Positions 12,301 through 22,255 of a stretch of 64,000 bases of DNA are shown in pieces; within the stretch, counting starts at the first letter, position 1, and each line of letters opens with the position of its first letter. The translations under genes and the position numbers were made by a program. The stretch spans positions 3,430,587 through 3,494,586 of the forward strand of contig CAJINV010000010.1 of the NCBI GenBank assembly GCA_905178155.1. Direction: 5' to 3'. This DNA is from Amoebophrya sp. A120 (lineage: Eukaryota; Protista; Dinoflagellata). The notes under the pieces were generated by a model. That model saw only the letters and a list, made by a program, of their open reading frames with translations. It ran no database searches and had not been told where the DNA came from.

Positions 12301-15300
12301 TCCCGGCACCTCCCATGTTGTTCGCGTTGTTGACGTTCTGTCCATTATTGTGCTGCTGCTGATGGTTGCCGTTGACATTGTGCTGGTTCTGGTTCACGTT
12401 GGGCTGCTGGGTGTTGTTTCCGTTGTTCCCACCAGCAGTGTATCAAATGCAAAAGTGTCTGGGTCTGGAAGATTGGTAGGTTTGTCATGCAGGTTTTCCA
12501 TGACCCACGCGGTCTGCCATGCACGGCCTAGCATGGCAGGCTCTGTGAGATCTCTATCATGCCGTTCCTGCATGAGAAACTGCCTCTAAACTTGTTCAAA
12601 AGTGGACCTCTTTATTTCGTAATCATGCAACACACATTTTTCCACGATCCAGATGTAGCATGACAAGTTGCACTCTTCCAGACCCAGACATTTTTGCAAT
12701 TCATACAGTGTTCAGCCCGTTGTTTCCGCCCTGCTGCTGGTCCAAGTGCCGCACGGAGTTTCCGTTGTTGGCCCCCGAAACAGATCCTGTGCAAAAGCAT
12801 CGTACTCTTTAACTAATCGCAATCATGCAAGACAAATCTTCTTCCCAAGCGAAAGCAGCATGGTGAATTGCATCTGTCATGCTAAGGTCATTTGCCTTGC
12901 GTTTTCTACTAGTACGGTGCTTTTCCGCATGATAAAGTAGACCCATGCTGGCCCAGGGCCGCAGCCATGGCAGCGTTACTAGACGCGTGCTGACTCGACA
13001 GGTGGTGGTAGTTCGCGGCGGCCAACTATTACAGTGAAAAGTGCCCCCCACCCCTAAATTGCAAAAATTTGTGATGCGAAGTTTCCAAATGAAAACTTTT
13101 TGTCATGCATGAAAGGAGTATGAATCTTTCTGATGCAGAATGTAGGCGTGTATCGCATCGCTTGCATGACAAGTGCCGCTCTTGCTGGGGTCTTTTGCAA
13201 TACAAATTTTTGCTATTCACGATTGAAAACCCGTGATGCTGATACATGCAAGAGGGCGAATGTTTCATTTGGAAAGGTTTGCAATACAAATGCTCCCAAG
13301 TTCGGGGGTGGGGGCATTTTTCATCGTAATACCAACTGCCCGGCGTTCAGAGCCGCGGCGTTCGCGTTCAGAGCAGCTGCGTTGCGTTATAACAGTGCAC
13401 AACTCCCCCTCCCGCCCCTCATTTGTATTGCATGAACAGCAACACAAGCAACAGCAGAAAAGGGGCTTTCGCATGACAAAACTGCATGCGGATTCTAGTA
13501 CTATTTGACGTTCCAAAATTTGTCATGCTATCAGTTCCCACCATGCAAGGTGCGAATTTGGTATTTTGCATTACAAATGAGGGGGAGGGGGAGTTGTGCA
13601 CTCTCATATGCGTCCGTCCAGCGCCGCCGCGCCCGGGTTTCCCGCCATCATAGCCGCACAGCCGATCGCGGTGGCCTGCGTATCCTGTGCAAAAGTATCG
13701 CACTCGTAGTCATTGCATTTCTGCATTACAAACCTCTTTCTCAGGGTGAATCAGCATTAGAAATTAAATTTGTATATGCTAATTATTTCTAATGCACTTT
13801 ATACGTAGTACGATGCTTTTCCAATGCATACTGCGCATCGCGGAGCAGCTGGTTGATCTGCGATTCGGGCAGGGCGTTGCGCTGCTTCAAGATACAGGCC
13901 ACGTTCATCGGGTCGCCCTGCTGCGCGCAGGCCTTCATCAGGCAGGAGTAAACCGCGCGGGTGGGCAGACACTTCCAGACGAACGGCATTTGGCGGAAAA
14001 CCAAGTCGATGGCATCGTACAAGCGGTTCACCCCCGCGTACAGGCGCACCAGGATGGAAAAAGTGACGCAGGACGGAGCAATGTTGCACCGCTGCATGTC
14101 CGCGAAAACCATCAGACCTGATTTTTATAATAATGTGTAGTGAAACAGTGCTGTCAGACTTTGATTTCCTTTCACGCATCACAAGCCATTAAGTATTCTT
14201 TCTGCGTTCATCGGAACATATCATGCATGTTGACAGGTCGTTGTAGATAAACACAACAAGCTGAAAAAAAACACGACCCGTACCAGTATCAAAGTCTCCA
14301 ATCTTGGCGCAGCCATCCAACAGAGAGTTGAACATGATCTCATCGTATGGATTGCAAAAGTGTCTGGGTCTGGAAATTTGTGATGCTGGGTGGCGTATCA
14401 TGAGAAGACCACAAGTGCTGGCCCAGCATGACAAGTTTTTGAGCTTCTAGGTGTTGCCTATTCTGCATGACAAACTGCGTTTCTGCATGGCAGAAAAAGG
14501 CGGCTCTTGGGTAACCTGCATGACAGATTTAAGAGTCATGCCAGACAAGCATGACAAACATGCATTCTTCCAGACCCACACATTTTTGCATTTGATACAT
14601 CGACTGGCAAGCGGCGCATCCGGGCCTCGTTGGCGACAAGCAGGGCCTTGCGGAGGTTGCCTTCGTTGCAGAATCCCTTGACCAGGGTGGAGAAGGTGAT
14701 GATGTCCGGCATAATACCTTTATTCGATATAGTATTTTTGCTTCTATCTACGATGCGGATGCGGGACTACGCAAGACAAAAGTTGCTCAGCATGCATGCT
14801 GGATTGTCATGAATCAGAAGTGGAACAAGTAAGTAAGTAAGTAACTTAACTTTTTGATTTCATAATCCAAATCTTTGTGATGCAAAAGCCTGCATAACTA
14901 GACAACATCAGCATCATGGGTCTGTCATGATTTTCACATTACCACTCGCCTGCATCTCCTGTAGGACCATGGCGGCGACCTTCATGTTGTTGCACCGCAC
15001 AGCGACATCAATCAGGGAGTTGTAGGTCACAACGTTGCACGGCACCCGCTCCGACAGCATTTCCTATGGAAAGGAGAAGTCCCCCCGCCCCATAATGAAG
15101 CGGCACGTTTCTCAAAATTTGTGATGCTGATTTGTGGCCACAAATCCTGTCTCTCTTGCATGAGGGCAACCTCAGAGACTCCGCCACGATATGCAGGCGG
15201 TTTGCAATGCTGGAAGGCCTATAGGCTAGACCTCTAGCAAGCTAGGCCCCTACAACAAGAGGCCCCCCCTTAGGATTGCGATCTGCGTGCAGTCCTTTAC

Positions 15301-18300
15301 TGCAAGACAAATCTGATTTGTGTACTCAAATACAGCACCACAGATTTCCGTTTTGTCATGGGGAGGGGGGATTTTTCTTCTTGATATTTCCCGGTACAGC
15401 TTCATGGCACGGGCGAGGTCCTTGATCTTGGCGAAACCTGACAGAGTATGTCAACAGGTAGCTTTGCAACACAAATTTTTTCCAAAATTCTGTTTCGATG
15501 CTACGGCTCCGCATGATTGAAATTGTGATGCATGAAGACCGCTACAATCGTAAGTTATATATCAGTACCTTTGATGATGGTCGTGTACAGAACCGTGTTC
15601 TTGTGCAGGTTGGAGGACTTCATGTCTTCAAAAGTTTGGACGGCCATCTCCACGTGGTTGCACTTCACGCAGGCATCCAGCATGCAGCCGTAGGTGACCG
15701 CGTTCGGGTATCCCACAGAAAAAAGCAGGCAGGGCAGATTTGTAATGCAAAAATAAATACACAGAAAAATCTGTCATGGGCGGCCCCATAGCATGCTGTT
15801 TAGGATATGCTATGCAGACTTTTTTGTGTATTTGTTTTTGCATTACAAATGTGACCTGCCGGCTTTTTTCTGTGTGATATCGGGGGAATATCGGTCTTGC
15901 GCATCTCCTCCCACAACAGCAGAACTGAAAATTTGTATTGCAGAATCCGGATTTGAAAGAGTGGTCTCTGTTGCAGCTGGTGAAAGTGGAACAGCAACAG
16001 CATTTGATACTGAATAAACGGAACCAACGATCCTGGATGCTATTATTTGCAGAAGTTGAAAGCAATTTGTGACGCTGCAATGCAATTATGCAATGCAATA
16101 TCAAAACAACTCCTCTACCGCGATTGAAGTCCCGGAAGGTTCCGTAGGCCTTGATCAGGGTACCGTACGTGACCGCCCCCGGCCGGGCCGAGTACATGTG
16201 CCCACGCAGGTCCACCATCGTTTGTTCCATCGACTGGACGTCCCGGAGTATCAAATGCAAATATGTCTGAGTCTGGAAGAGTGTACTCAAACTTGTCATG
16301 CTGGTTTTCCATGATCCATGAGGTCTGGAATGCGGTACCTAGCATGAAAGACTCTGTGAGGTCTGTATCCTGCCTTTACTGCATGAGAAACTCCGTCCCA
16401 ACTTGGTCGAAAGTGGCCTGCTTTTGGCACTCATGCTCATGCAACACAGACTTCTGCATGATTCAGATTTAGCATGACAAGTTGCCACCTTCCAGACCCA
16501 GACGTATTTGCAGTTGATACGGAGGCGCGCGAAACCATCCAGGCACGTGTTGTACAGACCTTCTTCCGCGTCCTTGGACTTCCGGATATGCAATACAAAT
16601 CTCCCGTACATGTACAAGATGCATCACAAATTTCACCAATTTGGAGCGTGAAACTTATCATGCTAAACTAGGATCGAAGCCAAGTTTTGTCATGCAGAGA
16701 CCGCATTTGCACGTCGTGTACGGGAAATTTACTGTGGATACCGCAGGAATTTTTTCAACAGCGAAAACCCCCGGCGCAGTTTCGCGGTGCGGCTGTCGCC
16801 ATCGAGGGAGATTTTCACGAGCGCGGAGACGGACTGGTAGTCGATCTGGTAGTCGGAGGTCAGCATCTTGTCCACCCACGACCAGGCTTCGTCGACCTTC
16901 TTCCAGCGGATGGCGTGGTCCAGGTACTTTTGGTACCGCATGGCGTTCTCGTCCTGGACAACCGCGGGAGCTGCAGTGGCGGTGGTGTTCTGCTGTTGCT
17001 GCACGTTGGCCGGTTGCGCAGCCGGCTCCTCCTGCAGCTTGGTCTCGGAGGCAACTACATTTTCCACAGTTTGGTCCACCAGAGTCGGTTCCCCAGTATC
17101 AAATGCAAATGTGTTTGGGTTCTTTGGAAGAGTTGTGCCAATTAATTGTCACGCTTGGCCGACGATAAAAGAAAAGTCTGTCATGCTTGTTGCGCGGCTA
17201 CAACGTCACTTCGATTTGTCATGCAAAAAGACAATTTTTCATGCGATTAAGAACGCTACACATTGTAGCCGCTCAGATGAAAGAACTTGTCATGCGCGGC
17301 TCCGCAATACGGTCTGCCGTGTATCATTGGGACATTAGCATGACAACCTTCCAGAGGACCCAGACATATTGGATGCGGTGGATACCCCGCATCAAATGTA
17401 AAAATGTCTGGGTCTGGAAGAACGCGCGATTTGTCATGCAGCTTTTCCACGATCCATGAGGTCTGGAATGCAGGACGTAGCATGACAGATGCTGCGCGAT
17501 CTTTCTCATGCCTCTCCTGCATGAGAAACTGCCTCGCGACTTGGTCAAAACTGGACGACTTTTGGTAATCATGCAACACAGACTTTTGCATGCTTCAGAT
17601 TTAGCATGACAAGTTGCATTCTTCCAGACCCAGACATTTTTACATTTGATACCCCGTCGCCGTCAGCAAATCCGCCGCGCCGGAGTTCAGCAGGGCCGCA
17701 TTCGGATATGCTGTGCAAAAGTATCATAGTAATCTTCGCAGTCACGCATTACAAATCTCCTTCTTGAGGCGAACCCGCATCACAAGTTCCGGTTCTCATG
17801 CTGATAAAATTTGTCATGCGATTTACACTACAACGAGACAACTTTATTTGCAGCGCATATCGGACTGGTCATCACGATCTCGTTTTCTTTGTCACCGATA
17901 TGGGACTCTCAAACGTTACATTCTCAACTGTTACATGATTTGCCATGCAAATTTACCACCAAGATCGCCACGATTAAGCTGCTTCGCATAACAAATCTAC
18001 GAAGGGCTAAACAGCATCTAAATCTGTGCCAAATCTGTAATGCAAAAGGCGCAATCTTGCTCCTTTCACTTTTGCCGTTCTTGCATTACAAATTCGTGTA
18101 ACCGTTGAGAATGTAACATTAGAGAACGCCATAACCGACCGCGCCGGCTTCCATTCCCGACAGCATCTGCAGTTTCTTATGATATGCATTGCAAAAGTAT
18201 CGCACTCGTAGTAATTGCAGTCATGCATTACAAATCTCTTTCGTTAGGTAAATCCGCATTACAAATTTTATTTCTCATGCTGAGAAAATTTGTAATGCAT

Positions 18301-19659
18301 TTATACGAGTACGATACTTTTGCACAGGATATATGAGGGTGCACAACTCTCGCCCCTCCCTGTTCATGCTGTATGGCATGAACAGCAATACAAACACCAG
18401 CACACTTAGACCCTGTGCATGACAAATAACTCGAACCCCAAATGTTAAAAATTTGGAGTACTCAAGTACTGTTTGGGCAGCTTCAGAGCAATTTCTCATG
18501 CAAACAGTGCCACAAAGCAGCAACGAGATTGTGAACTTTGCATCACAATAAACACAAATCAGGGGGAGGGGGACGACTTGTGCACTCTCATATTTCTCAT
18601 TCTCGCAGCAGTCGTCCTCATTCGCATTCGCGATGTTTTTGTGGTCGGTGTCGGTGTCCGGGGTGGTGTGGGCCAGAGATTCGGTGGTTTCGGCCGACGC
18701 AGCAGAGCAGTATCAACTGTAAAAATGTCTGGGTCTGGAAGAATCCAACTTGTCATGCTGATTTTGAATTCTCAAAAAATCTGTATTGCATGAGCAGCAA
18801 AGAGAGTCCAAGTTTTGCTACACGGAAAGAGCATGTGTCAAGCGGTATAGGCATCAGGAAGCCGTCACAAAATCTGTGATGCTAGGGCATGCATCACAGA
18901 CATCAGGAGTCATGCAAAATGTGCATGACATACCTGGCAATCTTCCAGACCCAAACATTTTTACATTTGATAAGCAGGTTTGCTTCTCGATGAACTGGTT
19001 GCATTTCGTGATCGTGCCCGGCTTATGCATGGCAAAAGCATCGTACTAGTAGCAATGGCATCACAAATTTGCTGCTCAGCATGAGACGCCGAACTTGTCA
19101 TGCTGATTTAGCTCGAGAAGCAGATTTGTCATGCATGTACGACTAGGATAGTTTTGCACAGGATAGTGGTTTTTGGTCGGGGTGGTCGGGTGCAGATCCT
19201 GGTCTTGCTGCTCCATTTGCTCCACCTGCTTCTATCGCAAGAAAAAACTGTTTCACTGTGAACTTGTGATGCAGAAAATGCATCTGAGAAGTGTTTGTGT
19301 TGCTACACATGCAAGACAATGGATTTCTGGCTGTGTTTTCCCTCAGGAATCTCGCATGGCAAATTTCCTCTGTGATGTAGAGCAAACCTGTGATGCAAAA
19401 CCTGCAAAATCCTTACAGTGAAACATTTTTTTCTTACGATAGCTTCGCTACCTGGTGTATTAATTCTTGGAGTTCAGTTCCTAAGGAAGAAAGCAAATTC
19501 AGTTCCGCAAACTCTCTAGTCCCGTGGGAGAAGTGAGAGTGACAACCTCTAATGCATAATGACGCATGAGTAGAAACAAGAATTTGATACCGCAGTCTCC
19601 TCCACAGGCAGGGCGGCCACCGAGACGGCGGCCTCTTCCGGGACACCAGTTGCAGTCAT
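9386..19659 (-). CDS. Pentatricopeptide-repeat (PPR) protein with N/Q/G/A-rich C-terminal tail, about 31 introns
   Basis: Reconstructed PPR motifs PGAVTYGTLIKAYG, PNAVTYGCMLDACVK, TVLYTTIIKGFAK, NVVTYNSLIDVAVR, PDIITFSTLVKGFC, DEIMFNSLLDGCAK, PSCVTFSILVRLYA, PTRAVYSCLMKACAQ. About 22 TIR-type introns plus 9 GT-AG introns (9523-9655, 9758-9927, 10216-10441, 10507-10681, 14118-14283, 14718-14942, 15438-15568, 15925-16118, 19452-19590). Confidence 0.9.
9983..10185. mobile_element. Decayed introner
   Basis: TAT..ATA ends, weak TIR, direct repeat GACTG. Confidence 0.75.
10749..11058. mobile_element. Introner family I
   Basis: TIR TAT..AAAGGAAAAATCC..CCTCCC; direct repeat CCGCA. Confidence 0.9.
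11118..11374. mobile_element. Introner family A
   Basis: TIR with GTCTGGGTCTGGAA; direct repeat ACCCG. Confidence 0.92.
11554..11832. mobile_element. Introner family K
   Basis: Perfect TIR TATCCTGAGTAAAAACGTACCCACACCAGAGT; direct repeat TGCCA. Confidence 0.95.
11910..12060. mobile_element. Introner family B
   Basis: TIR; direct repeat TCCCG. Confidence 0.9.
12441..12705. mobile_element. Introner family A
   Basis: TIR; direct repeat CAGTG. Confidence 0.92.
12783..12934. mobile_element. Introner family B, eroded
   Basis: Left end GAT instead of TAT; flanks AAACA/AAGTA; frame restored (GST|SGANNG). Confidence 0.8.
13027..13331. mobile_element. Introner family J
   Basis: TIR TATTAC..TGAAAA.TGCCCCC; direct repeat CCAAC. 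Confidence 0.9.
13388..13608. mobile_element. Introner family F
   Basis: TIR GTGCACAACTCCCCCTCCC; direct repeat TGCGT. Confidence 0.93.
13681..13830. mobile_element. Introner family B
   Basis: TIR; direct repeat CTGCG. Confidence 0.92.
14346..14597. mobile_element. Introner family A (252-bp subfamily)
   Basis: Close copy of 2637-2888; direct repeat CATCG; splits PPR motif LPVD|EIMFNS. Confidence 0.94.
15065..15386. mobile_element. Introner family I
   Basis: TIR; direct repeat TTTCC. Confidence 0.9.
15709..15879. mobile_element. Introner family H (long hairpin)
   Basis: TIR of about 60 bp starting TATC.CACAGAAAAAAGC; direct repeat TCGGG. Confidence 0.93.
16249..16519. mobile_element. Introner family A
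   Basis: TIR; direct repeat CGGAG. Confidence 0.92.
16587..16740. mobile_element. Introner family G
   Basis: TIR core AAAT.TCCCGTACA; flanks CCGGA/CCGCA. Confidence 0.85.
17097..17651. mobile_element. Two family A introners in tandem at one target site (17097-17384 and 17390-17651)
   Basis: Three target copies CCCAG / CCCCG / CCCCG; the elements are separated by only 5 bp. Confidence 0.88.
17707..17859. mobile_element. Introner family B
   Basis: Direct repeat TCGGA. Confidence 0.87.
17899..18133. mobile_element. Introner family C-like
   Basis: TIR core GTTACATTCTCAAC.GTTACA; direct repeat ACCGA. Confidence 0.9.
18178..18592. mobile_element. Family F introner with a family B introner (18183-18331) nested in its terminus
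   Basis: Outer direct repeat TTTCT; inner direct repeat TATGA. Confidence 0.9.
18711..18972. mobile_element. Introner family A
   Basis: TIR; direct repeat AGCAG. Confidence 0.92.
19024..19165. mobile_element. Introner family B, direct repeat lost
   Basis: TIR present; flanks CGGCT/GTGGT; frame restored by removing element plus 5 nt. Confidence 0.8.
19233..19441. mobile_element. Introner family E
   Basis: Homologous to 757-974; direct repeat GCTTC. Confidence 0.92.
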
Positions 19660-19972
19660 CTTGCTCTTATGCAAAATAAAAACTTCCGGGTCATCGGGAT
19701 CATTCGTGACGCGAGTGATTTGAAGGACAGCGACAGCGCGATCTGTGATGCATACACGCGATCTGTGATGCATTACAAGGAAAAATCATTCGCGTTCCTT
19801 CTCCAAGAGAACCAGCACCCAGATTGATATTTTCATTTCCATACGTTATGGTCTGGTCTCCGATCTGCGATGTGTGCCTCTTAGCCGTTTTTGGTCAAGA
19901 GAATTCCCGTCCGTGCTGGTCTGTAGCTTGTCCAATTTCCTTCCAGAATCGGACTACACCACGCTCTTCCTC

Positions 19973-20186
19973 TATCCCACGAAAAAAGTGTTACAGTTAC
20001 ACATTTGTTGTCAATTCAGCAATACAAATTTTCTCTGCATGAGAGGGAGAACTTGTAATGCAGAAATCCTACGGGAAAACACCTAAGAAACGAGGCTTCT
20101 ATGCGTATCCGGCATGACAGAGCTCGTCTGTCTTGCTTGGCCTGCAATATTACAATGTGTAACTGTAACACTTTTTTCTTGCGATA
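19973..20186. mobile_element. Introner family D, probably in the PPR gene 5' UTR
   Basis: TIR core GAAAAAAGTGTTACAGTTACAC; direct repeat TCCTC. Confidence 0.88.
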
Positions 20187-22255
20187 TCCTCTGAAAAACA
20201 GAAGAAGAATCCTTCTCAGGAGAGAGGTATGGAAGTCGAAAAACTTTATTTCGGAGTGTCATGGAAGTTTGTCATGCAGACTGATCTTATCAGCGTAACT
20301 GCTCATGCAGTCTTCGCCTTGCAGGAGTGGATCCTCGGATGCGTGTATGCATTATGTTTTGCTTCATCTTGACATAATGATAATTCTGCATGACAAACAG
20401 TTACCTCCGAAAATAAATAGTGTTGCATTCTGGATAAGACAAGTCTGCTACTCTCTCTCTCGTTTCGTCCTTCTCTGTAATATCGTGCATTTAGCAAATT
20501 GGTTTTTTGATAATAAATAGCTGTTTCTCATGCATAGACGCAATGGGAGGGGGGTAAAATTGTCATGCATCGTCCAATACCTCCTCGTGCGATTGTTCTT
20601 GTAGAGTAATTAAGATAACTTTTTAGTCGAAGACAAAACAGGAGTAAAGTGTAAGCCAGTGGCTTTTCAAAGTGAATATTGTCATTATGTTTATTTTCAT
20701 TGTGTGCGAGTGCCGTAAATAGTGGGGGCACAACATGTTTTTTTTTGCTTGTTTGTCGTCAGATACTTTTTACTTCTACTTGATACAAACTGGATAAGTA
20801 CTTATTCATAGGCGTCGCTTAAGTACGTCTCGGAAATGCAAAAATGGTGAATGAAAATTGATCTTGTTCTCTTTAGGTTTGATAATATCAGCAGGCTGTC
20901 ACAAAAATCCTGTAGCAGTTCTGATGTTGAGTCTGTGCTTCGATATCTATGGGTATGGGGTATCGCACTTATGGTACCAAGTGTTAAGTGCAAAGCCAAA
21001 GGTAACTTGAAAATGTGACTACGGTCGTGAGAGGTCGTTCTTGCACTTGCAGGCTAATAGGATATGTGTAATCGTGTGGTCAGAAGTTTTTTATTAAGAC
21101 GGTGGTGGTGGTGCAGCTAAAGTAATGCACTATGTTTGGACCGTTCTTGTGCTAGGTTTTCACTTTTCGCTCTCTCTCGACAGGATAGTGTTCTACACAG
21201 GTTGAAGTTGATGCTGTGATGGCGCAATACCACACACCATGATTTTATTGTTGCGAGGGAGCTGCAACTACACAGTGAAATCAAACAAACACACAGGGAA
21301 CATCCGCGAAAAGAAACAACAAACGCGATAGGTTCTCCGTGGCGCAAGAACCTGAAGGTCCTCTGATGTCGGCCCTTGCTTGCTCGACAATGAGCGGGCG
21401 GACGTCCTCGCATGGGCGTCGTGAATAGTAAGTACGCCATGCAAAATCTTCATGCTGATAGACAGCAGCATGTGCAGTTGGCCCAGAGAGTGGTAGACCT
21501 ACTTGTGAAACAACGAAACCTCACAATGCGCCAGCGGCGTGGCAGACACAGGAACATGTCCAGAGACGAAAAAGAACAAACAGCACGGGGCTCGGTGGTC
21601 CGGTTCTTGTCATGGGTGTTTTGATATTTGAATTTGTGTGACTTTTGATGAATGTTTCTGAGGGCATGGTAGAAAATGGTCTTCTACTTGATGCATTTCA
21701 TTTTCATCCCACTTATTTCTATACGTGATTTTTCTACAGATGAGTTCTTGCGAATCACGTACGAGGTGCTTTGATTTATTTGATCTCTTTGACACTGTCA
21801 AAATCAAAAGGGAGAGAGTACTGTCCGTTGCGTAGCACTTACACGGTTTCCCGTCGGAACGGAAGTGTAATTCTGTTTCTTGCGGAACACTTCGCGGAAA
21901 GGATTCACGTGGCACCACGTAGGCCGGGTCTCTTCAGACGAAACACACGACCCGCGGGCTGCATGGTGAATTATCAACATGGAACAAAATACGTCCTCGA
22001 CCCATGTTGAATTATGTTGACGGATTTTCATCAATGTCGAGATAATTCGTCGCTGAAACTACATCATCGCTTGCCTGTGGCTGTGTCTGTGTGTCGCTAT
22101 ATGTTTCGCTAATTGTACTCACGTCATGAAAACGAGTTATTCCCGGTTGAGGTGCAAGAAGAAGTACGAGTCTATGCATCGTGACCCATCTTCATCTCGT
22201 CTTCACGCCTTCGGCACAAGATCAAAGAACTGAAACTAAACTAATTCCATGCTAC

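Noticed and set aside
21610-22255. Additional 3' exons of the NSUN2-like gene
   Set aside because: A GTAAGT donor is plausible, but I could not support an acceptor or homologous sequence
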